This document shows positions 55,706-64,000 of a stretch of 64,000 bases of DNA, piece after piece. This stretch comes from TPA_inf: Saccharomyces. Taxonomy: Eukaryota. Positions within the stretch are counted from its first letter, which is position 1. Each line of letters starts with the position of its first letter. Location of the stretch: the NCBI GenBank assembly GCA_000146045.2, contig BK006938.2, positions 1,344,001-1,408,000 of the forward strand, given 5' to 3'. Position numbers and translations under genes: made by a program. The notes beneath the pieces are model-generated. The model was not told where the DNA came from, did no database searches, and saw only the letters and a list, made by a program, of their open reading frames with translations.

Positions 55706-57214
55706 TCAGAACTTCTCTTGTTCCATGTTGATATCAACTTTATTCATCATTTGTAACCCATATCCGCAAATTAAACTAATAACGCCAACTTTCCAACCGT
55801 TCCAAAGTTGGCCTCTATTTGTATTAGAATTGTTTCTTATCACATCCCATATGCCATTGTATTTTTTTGGCTTTACTATCAATTCAGTGGAATCTACTTT
55901 AAATGATAACCGCTGATCGTTCAACAAGTAGTTTAGTTGACAACGACGTAACAGGTTTTCCAATGGTAACTTGATAAATAGTTCAAGTGATTTAGAAAAA
56001 AACTTCATAGTATTGTACATGACGGTTTGAGAGTATTTTTCGATATGGAATTGGTTGTAGATGACTAAATCAAACAATTTGTTGAAAAAGCTATTATTGA
56101 TAGATTGAAGAATAGTTAGGGACCACATATCTAATGGAATGGAAACTCCGTTTTTACGCCATGACCAGCATCTGATTAACTGCCTCAAGCTTCTAGTATT
56201 AGTAACCATATTCTTTCCATCTGTCTTGACATTCTTCTTTTTTTTGAATGATGTAACTATCAATCTAGTTCTTATCAGGTCCACAGGTAATAATATAATA
56301 CTGGTAAATACTCCCGCGCCTAAGGCTAAAATGAAGGACTTAGAAATATCAGGAGAGTTGATGACCTCCATAAAATATGGGTCAGGGACACCCAAAAAAG
56401 ACGAGAGTAATCCTGTGAACCAAGTATCTATGCTTAGGGAAAGAAAGTTGTAAATAAAAGTCGTGTTGTTGGCCTTCCATAGACCACGAATACCCTCCTG
56501 ATCAAATAGGGCGTTGATTACGTCAATTGTATGTAGGGACTGTGGTGCAATAGTCAAGGATATATCAGTAGGTTCATGATGTGAATGATCAGTTTCTTCG
56601 GCCATAATAGGCGCAGTAGAGTTTGCCTCGGCGATCTTCCTTTCTATGGGAAAGAAATCTATCTCCTCCTCATCGTAAGCATCTTCTTCTCCTTCTCTCG
56701 CAGCGCCATCTCCTTCTTCATCCCGCAAAATTATTGGTGCTTGAGGTTTATTCGTGTCAACTGTAGTTTTGAAGATTTTAAACTCACCTACTTGGATAAG
56801 TAGTCTTGCTACATCAAAGGGCTGTTGAATGAGCAATTGAAAATACTTTCTGAAAAACATATCCAGCAGTTGTTCAAATATTTTTCGCCATTTCTGGATG
56901 TTAACCAATTCCGCCCATTCAAAATTATTCAGGCCAGTTATTTCGCCATTACTTCCCTCCAGTGACAATCCATCGTTAACTGAATTTGACAATTTCTTCA
57001 TTGGGGAGCTTTTAAACAATGCATTAGCCATTCTCTTTGTAGTTGGAGATGAGTTGATAACGTTTAGCTTAGAAGCAATTGTGTATCCGTGCGGATCTAC
57101 TACACCCTCATCGGGCTTGAAAACAGCGCTATACCCAGCATTGAAAGAATCGGGATCATAATAAGGCCGTATCTGTGCCCTTGACGTTGCTTCCGTAACA
57201 TTATTGTTGTTCAT
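55706..57214 (-). CDS. UGO1: Mitochondrial outer-membrane fusion protein (carrier-like), 502 aa
   Basis: A 502-aa ORF whose length and position match YDR470C. Confidence 0.85.
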   Translation of the reverse strand: MNNNNVTEATSRAQIRPYYDPDSFNAGYSAVFKPDEGVVDPHGYTIASKLNVINSSPTTKRMANALFKSSPMKKLSNSVNDGLSLEGSNGEITGLNNFEWAELVNIQKWRKIFEQLLDMFFRKYFQLLIQQPFDVARLLIQVGEFKIFKTTVDTNKPQAPIILRDEEGDGAAREGEEDAYDEEEIDFFPIERKIAEANSTAPIMAEETDHSHHEPTDISLTIAPQSLHTIDVINALFDQEGIRGLWKANNTTFIYNFLSLSIDTWFTGLLSSFLGVPDPYFMEVINSPDISKSFILALGAGVFTSIILLPVDLIRTRLIVTSFKKKKNVKTDGKNMVTNTRSLRQLIRCWSWRKNGVSIPLDMWSLTILQSINNSFFNKLFDLVIYNQFHIEKYSQTVMYNTMKFFSKSLELFIKLPLENLLRRCQLNYLLNDQRLSFKVDSTELIVKPKKYNGIWDVIRNNSNTNRGQLWNGWKVGVISLICGYGLQMMNKVDINMEQEKF

Positions 57215-57432
57215 TGGGGGGTTGAGTTAAACCTATACTATTGGAAACCAAAAATCGGCAGAGAATTAAGGCAAATCAATTAAAATTCCTTTTCTCTCTA
57301 CCTTTGCTAATATTAAAAACCATAGTTGTAAAGGGTACTTAATGCTATATTCCTGTTAAGTTTCCTATTTCACCTTGTTTTTTCCAATTCTTACCAATTT
57401 GAAGACTATGTTTTTAAACACCCAATCATTTT

Positions 57433-57446
57433 CCACCCACACATAT
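57433..57446 (+). promoter_or_regulatory. Rap1-like site about 330 bp upstream of the RPL27B ATG
   Basis: CCACCCACACATAT compared with the consensus ACACCCRYACAYM: one mismatch at the first base. This is a prediction. Confidence 0.4.
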
Positions 57447-57769
57447 ATTACCCTTTTTTTGGGTGAAGAGAAGTAGTATTTTGTTTTTCATGGGAGTGGA
57501 AGTCCTTTCAAAACTAATCCGAGCAGTAGTGCTGTCTAGGCGGAGATTATTGAAAGTCGGCATTGGCTGCAGCTAGCGTTTTGTTTTTGGTACTACCTGT
57601 CAAACCCGGCGTCTGCCTAGATTGCGCGGAGGGTACGTTGAAACTTTTGCCTTTCCACGTCAGTTTATAATATCAAAAGCAGCAATATACACATTTAATG
57701 GTTTGCCCTTAGTGACTATTAGGGCGTTTTGGTGAAAAGAAAGAGTCGCTCAAAGAAATCAATATAACC

Positions 57770-58564
57770 ATGGCTAAATTTTTGAAAGCAGGTAAAGTTG
57801 GTACGTAAATTTAACAGAGCAAACGCTCTAATTAAGATATCGAATAAAAGGGGACTTTCAGGTGCATAAGATGGGAAATTGTACAATCTGAGGGACAAAC
57901 AATATGGAAAGCAGTACATGATTGTATTGTCATTGTAGGAGGTACCAATTGTGCCAGTAAAAAAGAGAGGGCCCGGGGAGCACCACATTCACGACCAATC
58001 GTGTCGATCTGCAAAAAAGGCACATGGAAAATGTAATTTATCAGTGTTCAACACTGAGTTGAACAGATAGCTATCTAATCAATGTTAACTTTCCAGGGAA
58101 CAAAAAGCTAAATCCACTTCTCTTTTATTTCAAAATATCATTAGAAATAGAAAAATTTACTAACAAATTTTCGTATTATCGTAGCTGTCGTTGTTCGTGG
58201 TCGTTACGCTGGTAAGAAGGTTGTGATCGTTAAGCCACACGATGAGGGTTCTAAATCTCATCCATTCGGTCACGCTTTGGTTGCCGGTATTGAAAGGTAC
58301 CCATCAAAGGTCACCAAGAAGCACGGTGCCAAGAAGGTCGCTAAGAGAACTAAAATCAAGCCATTCATCAAAGTCGTCAACTACAACCACTTATTGCCAA
58401 CCAGATACACCTTGGATGTTGAAGCTTTCAAGAGCGTTGTATCTACAGAGACTTTTGAACAACCATCCCAACGTGAAGAAGCCAAGAAGGTTGTAAAGAA
58501 GGCATTTGAAGAAAGACATCAAGCTGGTAAAAACCAATGGTTCTTCTCCAAGTTGAGATTCTAA
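57770..58564 (+). CDS. RPL27B: Ribosomal protein L27 (eL27), spliced: exon 1 57770..57800, intron 57801..58184 (384 nt), exon 2 58185..58564; 136 aa
   Basis: Exon 1 is ATGGCTAAATTTTTGAAAGCAGGTAAAGTTG, followed by GTACGT. TACTAAC lies at 58159-58165 and the 3' splice site is TATCGTAG|CTGTCGTTGTTCGTGG. The result is [45 protein letters not shown]... The track ORF covers only the ATG-startable part of exon 2. Confidence 0.9.
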
Positions 58565-58914
58565 GAAGCTTTTTTCCGAAACCTAACTTTTTTCTGTGTA
58601 CTATTATTATTTTCATAATGCAGTTTATCCTTCACATAATTAAAAATTCATATTGTATAAACTAAAACAAACACTACCACTAAATATTTGGCCATCTATC
58701 TGCCATATTGGTCGTAACACAAAATGCCCAATGGAGCCTGGTAAGTTCCTTATTATTTAACCCTAAGAACTTTATTTTGATCATTGCGTGCAAAATGATA
58801 TTGTTTACAAGTTTTTTTTTTCCAGCTTCTTTACATATAAAAGGGAAGGATTTTGAAATTATAAATGGCATCTCAAATCGTCTCTATATCTTTTGTTAAT
58901 TGGATTTTTTAAAG

Positions 58915-59042
58915 GGTCAGGAAGTTTTTTCCTTTTTATATGATGAATATGAGTGCATTTGGCTCGAGTTGCTGTTTGGCTTTTGCCAAATCAGTAACGG
59001 TGTGGAAAAACTCAAGCTACCTTTTTTTACTTTTATCTGACC
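58915..59042 (+). ncRNA. SNR13: Box C/D snoRNA snR13 (guide for 25S rRNA 2'-O-methylation); ends approximate
   Basis: Terminal inverted stem GGTCAG...CTGACC. Box C ATGATGA at 58940-58946. Box D CTGA at 59037-59040, immediately before the 3' stem. It lies between RPL27B and TRS31 on the + strand, where SNR13 is known to sit (the SNR13-TRS31 read-through locus). Mature ends are not determined. Confidence 0.65.
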
Positions 59043-59130
59043 TTTTAACTTCCCCGTAGAAAATCTTAGTAATCCTTCTTACATTGTATCGTAGCGCTGC
59101 ATATATAATGCGTAAAATTTTCTCTTTTTA
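59043..59130 (+). terminator. Cluster of Nrd1 (GUAA/GUAG) and Nab3 (UCUU) motifs downstream of snR13: the Nrd1-Nab3-Sen1 terminator
   Basis: GTAG 59056-59059, TCTT 59064-59067, GTAA 59069-59072, TCTT 59076-59079, GTAG 59091-59094, GTAA 59111-59114 and TCTT 59121-59124. This matches the known poly(A)-independent termination region that protects TRS31. Confidence 0.5.
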
Positions 59131-59321
59131 AAAGATGTTAGTACGTTGGGTTTGGCTTGTTCATTTTTATTATCCTTTATTTACTTGTAAAAAAACGAAA
59201 GTGACGAAGTTCATGCTAAGATTGAAGAAAATTATTTATCGTATACTTTGCAGGACAAGAGACACGGAAGCGACAGAAAGACAGGGAGTACTATCACCAT
59301 CCATAATACTGGAGTAACATT

Positions 59322-60173
59322 ATGTCTCAAAGAATAATTCAACCAAGCGCATCTGACCAACAATTCCCAGGTAAATCTGATGGATATGAATATACTGTTG
59401 GGCCTAAGCAAGCGATAACAAGCGAAGCTTCAACAACATACATTCCCTCTAGAATATACTCAGAGTCTCTACTTTTCAAAAGGCAAGAAGCGTCTTTATC
59501 AGCAATGGCTTTCTTGTTCCAGGAAATGATTTCACAGTTGCATAGAACATGTAAAACTGCAGGCGATTTTGAAACTAAATTAAGTGACTATGGCCACAAT
59601 ATTGGAATTCGTCTATTAGAACTGCTGAATTTTAGGGCTTCTGTATCTCCTAGTTCTCTTCCCAGAGCATCTGCTTTCCTTTCACAAAATGAATCTTCTT
59701 CAAAGTTATCAAATGCGTCAAATTCCCCGGGCATGTTGGCTAACTCCAGCACAGCGACTTCTGCATCTGCCAATGAACGACTCCAAGAAAAGCAAACAGA
59801 ATCATTGTCTAACTACATTACAAAGATGAGGCGCCGTGATCTGAAAATTCTCGATATACTGCAGTTTATCCACGGTACCCTATGGTCATATCTTTTTAAT
59901 CACGTAAGTGATGATTTGGTTAAATCTTCAGAACGTGACAATGAATATATGATAGTAGATAACTTCCCCACTTTAACCCAATTTATCCCAGGTGAGAACG
60001 TTTCTTGTGAGTACTTCGTTTGCGGCATTATCAAAGGATTCCTTTTCAATGCTGGATTTCCATGTGGCGTGACAGCACATCGAATGCCCCAAGGCGGACA
60101 TAGTCAACGAACCGTTTATTTGATCCAATTTGACAGGCAAGTGCTTGACAGGGAAGGTTTGAGATTTGGCTGA
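59322..60173 (+). CDS. TRS31: TRAPP complex core subunit (Bet5/Trs31 family), 283 aa
   Basis: A 283-aa ORF (MSQRIIQPSASDQQFPGKSDGYEY...) matching YDR472W. Confidence 0.88.
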   Translation: MSQRIIQPSASDQQFPGKSDGYEYTVGPKQAITSEASTTYIPSRIYSESLLFKRQEASLSAMAFLFQEMISQLHRTCKTAGDFETKLSDYGHNIGIRLLELLNFRASVSPSSLPRASAFLSQNESSSKLSNASNSPGMLANSSTATSASANERLQEKQTESLSNYITKMRRRDLKILDILQFIHGTLWSYLFNHVSDDLVKSSERDNEYMIVDNFPTLTQFIPGENVSCEYFVCGIIKGFLFNAGFPCGVTAHRMPQGGHSQRTVYLIQFDRQVLDREGLRFG

Positions 60174-60444
60174 TATCATCTCAAAACATCGGTAAATACC
60201 TAAAACCAAGAAAAGGATAAAGAGTTTGTATATTTACTGTTGATTTATAGACATATGCTCATATATTCATTACGAAGAATGATTCTTTTAATTGTCGATT
60301 TCCTTGAAGTACATCTATCATATAAAATCATTTTCTTTTTATATTTTGGAATGTTTTTGTGCTAAAAAAATCATTATTCTGGGCGACATACAGTAAAATA
60401 ATATTTAATATGAAACAAAGCGTATCATTTTGTAGACACCGATA

Positions 60445-61854
60445 TCACGTTTGAACAGGTGAATAAAAATGCTCTGAATCAAACTGACCCAGCGTACGTA
60501 ATAAAGAATCCTGATCATTGCATACTTTCATAAACCAGCCTTTGAATTTACAATCTTGTAAATAGCCTTCCCAAGTTTTTGATATTGAATTATTATGCAT
60601 GTCCATTTTTATATCCCCAGTGTTTGTGTGCAACTCAAAATCTTCATTCCATTTTATCCTCTTCATCACCAAATTCTCATAAAATTTGCATGATTTTTCG
60701 TTACCCACGACTATAATTATTCCTGGTCCGTCATCACGTATACGGAGGCATAAACCCTTTAGTGATAGTTCTTTACTATTCATTTTCAACTTGAATCTTA
60801 TTTTTGGGTTCTGTAAGTTTTTGAACTGGAACACCTTACAATGGTATACTGTCGGCTTTTCAACGTTCATATTGACTGCTTCTTTCCTTCTTTTAATAGC
60901 ATCTTCATGTCTTCTTTCGTTTTCTTCCAGATGTTTTCTCTTCCTGAGGTCCACTTGGTCTTTCACTACTTTTTCCCAGGCAGTTGGGTCCGTTATGTTT
61001 TGATCATTCTCGAAAACACTCATCATGTTGCTTAGTTTAACTTTCGGTTCAGGCTTAGGTAATAGTCCTAACTTAATTTTTATCTCCCGTGCTTCTCTTG
61101 CCATTTTCCTTCTATTTCTCCTTAATCTTTTCCTTTCATGTTGCGTTAGATATGCTTTGATTGATACTTTTGCCTCGTTGATCTTTTCAGGTAAGGGATG
61201 TGCTACATATCTTATAGATGGGTGCTCATCATCATCATCATCGTCTACTTCATCAATATCTTCTGCTAGCTTTTCTTCGGCAGGCGATGTGCCATTCATG
61301 TCATATTTTTCCATCAACTCACCCTTTTCATCTAAATAAGCCGTGTCCCACCATTCATAGCCATGATTATTATCATAGTATATCTTGAACTTTGACAAAT
61401 CTAATAGGAACTTATCCTCATGTAACTCTAAATTGGGTAAATCACCTGACTCAATTAATTTTCTTTTATCTTTCTCGTCTTCTTCTTGTTTTAACTTTCT
61501 TTTTAATTCTTCCTCCTCCTGCTGTTTTTGTAATGTTCTTTCTTGGGCAATTCTTTTACTGATTTCTCCCTTTTGGTAAAACTTCAGACCCCGTTCATAA
61601 CGCCTGTTAAATCTGCTCGATGAGCCTCGATCGTGTGGATCACTAAGATAGGGATTTTCACCAGTTTGATAAGTTCTTCGGATAAGATTCAAATTTGAAG
61701 ACTTTAACGCTGAGTGAAGTTCGGTTTTCAGACCATGGCCCTGAAACTTCTCCTCATCATTGGTAGTTTCTTCACGCCGTAAGAAACTTGGCTTATAATA
61801 TGGACTATTTTGGCGTTTCGGATTACCTTTTTCATAGGTATTTCTTGGGGGCAT
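60445..61854 (-). CDS. PRP3: U4/U6-U5 tri-snRNP splicing factor, 469 aa
   Basis: [28 protein letters not shown]... with a K/E-rich middle and a C-terminal PRP3/DUF1115 region. The true ATG is at 61852-61854; the track start at 61872 is a TTG. YDR473C. Confidence 0.88.
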
Positions 61855-63463
61855 TTTTTCAAGCCAATTCAATAGATCGCCTGATGTTTTCTGTGAGTCT
61901 TTTTGATTGTTTTACGTCATCTGGCATTCTAATACTTTACTAGGACTATTTCTTGTTATTGATCAGTGCGGGATCCAGTCAGAAAAACGCAGATGTGAAT
62001 AATATTAAAATTTGTATGCTAAAAAAATTAACATAGTCAAGAAACTTTCTTTGAGTCATGGCTCTTTACTTTAGAACATATAAGAACAATTCACAGTGCC
62101 TGTCCAGAGGCCAAAAGCAGTATCTCTAGCTAAATGGATATGTTAACTACTGTTTCATTGGAGAAGCAGTTTTTAACCTTCCTGTTTCGCGAATATAGCT
62201 GCCAAGTATTATCCAAAATTGGGGAGTGAAGAAAAAGTAATTATCAGCATTCATTTTCGAGAATTTTACCTAAACTTTTTCGATAACATTGATTGTTCAC
62301 TACGTTACATAGCAAGCCAGAGCTAGAAAAACTTATTGATTACAATCAATAGACTTGCATCATACATAACTTCAGGGTACTTGCAAGAATTTTCCTACAA
62401 AAAAAGTTGACTACGACAACCTAAAGGAGAACAACAGATTTTGTCACCTCTCGTACTAGATAATTACCAAAAAAATGCTACCGAAAAGGAGATAAAACAC
62501 ATCTAGAACATAGTAGTATCATGTCATGGCTTTTTCAAATCTAAAATCTGTTCCCTGCAGTTGTCATTTTCTCTTAGTCGTCATTGATATTGTTAAAAAG
62601 TTCCGGAATACTATTGTTAGGTCGTATTCTTAAATGAATAAGCTGTCAAAAAATGGAGTAGTATGGCAGTAAATTTGGGAAGCACAAAAGAAAAAATAAA
62701 ATTTCTTGATGAATGTGCCTTTCACGAATGTGACTTCTCTTCCATAAATCCTGTTTCTCATCAATGAGCAGCTTCTTCCTCCAAAGATAACTGTTGAACC
62801 CTATAATTGTGACAGGTCAAAGAAGCCAATATAATGAAAAAGATAGCCAGTATCTATATTTGAACCATTTTAAGGATTTCACTGAATTGCAACGATACTG
62901 TCTTGTTTCGTGGACCTTGCACTTCGTAGATTCATCATGTTCTATACGTTTTTCATTTCCGCATTCTAAACCCAAAAGACAAGGGTTACAGCGTATGTTA
63001 CGACACAATTCAATTCACCATTCCTAAGAAGTTAATATTGCAATATTTTTGCAACAATAACAACCGCATTGCTTTGAAAGTAATTGCAATAACTATGGAT
63101 AAAGATCCATTATCTTGACTGGTGCTACTTTCAAAGGAGGTATACCTAATAATATAAAGCTTTGAAAGAATTGACGTGATACTAACCTTGTACATTGATT
63201 CTCATTTTAACGATTTTACAAACTCACTTAGCACGCATTATTGCCGGAAATACGAATAGGAACCCAGCTTATAATGAACACTGTCCACATTTCTTTTAGG
63301 TGAGAATGCGATGATGGAATTGCAGCATTATTAATTACTAGTGTAGGGTATTGAATGTCATTTTTGTCGATTAATATGTACAATACATGTTATGCATAAA
63401 GGCACAAAGTCATAAAAATGTTATAGAATTATATCGAATAAACACATAAGAACGTAAGACCAA

Positions 63464-64000
63464 CTACAGCCTTCCGAACCCAAACAATCCGCCACGCTTA
63501 GGCGTATTTTTACTCTCATCTTCCTTTCTGAAAGATGACGGGGATCTCGATTTACTCTTAAAAAAAGAGAATAAACCACCACCGCCTGAGCTTGGTTTCA
63601 AGTGTGCTGAAGTTACGACCGGTTTTTTAATACGTTTACCAGAGTTCGAATCATTAGATTTTACTTTTCTGAGCGAAGATGAGCTACTGACTTTCCTCAA
63701 AGATGAATCCTTATTACCAGAACTCACACTATATGACTTTGAAGGTGCCAAATGGGGAAGGCCTGGAACGGACAACTGATCTGTGTCACGATGATGGTGA
63801 TGATGATGTTGTTGTTGCTGGTCCCCTGGGCTGTCTAGCGAGTGCCTAGATTTAATAGCACCCAGTGCAGCATTACCATCTACATTCTTGACACTCGACG
63901 CGAACTTGATTTGCGGAGAACGTGATCTCGACGCACTCGCACTTGAGTTTATATCGGTAGCAGTAGGAGAGCTTGGTTTTGATTTGTCTCTTATCCTTGA
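63464..64000 (-). CDS. JIP4: 3' (C-terminal) portion of a Ser-rich ORF running off the right window edge; likely JIP4 (YDR475C)
   Basis: The minus-strand frame is open from 64000 down to the stop at 63464. I translated it by hand: ...SPKSKDRIRS...GDQQQQHHHHHHRDTDQLSVPGLPHLAPSKSYSVSSG...KRGGLFGFGRL*. The track's M at 63775 is a TTG. Gene identity is by position after PRP3. Confidence 0.55.
   Translation of the reverse strand, partial: SRIRDKSKPSSPTATDINSSASASRSRSPQIKFASSVKNVDGNAALGAIKSRHSLDSPGDQQQQHHHHHHRDTDQLSVPGLPHLAPSKSYSVSSGNKDSSLRKVSSSSSLRKVKSNDSNSGKRIKKPVVTSAHLKPSSGGGGLFSFFKSKSRSPSSFRKEDESKNTPKRGGLFGFGRL

Noticed and set aside
57719-58023. Two small minus-strand ORFs (89 and 63 aa) inside the RPL27B intron
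   Set aside because: They lie within a mapped spliceosomal intron on the opposite strand. I found no C/D or H/ACA snoRNA signature in the intron, no conservation is expected, and they are short.

Overview
This window is an ordinary, densely annotated stretch of the Saccharomyces cerevisiae chromosome IV right arm, collinear with YDR440W (DOT1, 3' end) through YDR475C (JIP4, 3' end). I identified it from the translated ORFs.

Gene order:
- DOT1' > APT2 < SSN2/MED13 < YDR444W > tK(CUU) < [Ty1 delta x2] ECM11 >
- RPS17B < (intron) ADA2 > UTP6 < RPS18A > (intron) YHP1 < PPN1 >
- TSA2 < GUK1 < NHX1 > TOM1 > HEH2 < PFA5 < TFB3 > MFA1 >
- YDR461C-A < MRPL28 > STP1 > SPP41 > RMT2 < PKH3 > TLG1 < SDC1 > UGO1 <
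- RPL27B > (intron) snR13 > TRS31 > PRP3 < JIP4' <

Window + equals Watson.

- The three ribosomal-protein genes each carry one intron. I mapped their splice sites by hand.
- The ORF track misses MFA1 (36 aa), the first exons of RPS17B, RPS18A and RPL27B, the tRNA-Lys gene and the C/D snoRNA snR13. I located these directly in the sequence.
- Several track ORFs begin at TTG or GTG pseudo-starts, so the true ATG starts are internal: APT2, TSA2, TFB3 and PRP3.

I see no evidence for a novel or undescribed system. The secondary observations are listed under findings: two tandem delta elements next to a tRNA, an a-specific operator, Rap1 sites, a Nrd1/Nab3 terminator cluster, homopolymer and microsatellite tracts, a whole-genome-duplication paralog block, and a weak intron-like signal in a 1.6 kb empty intergenic region. 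All gene identifications are from memory of yeast protein sequences and gene order. No database search was run.
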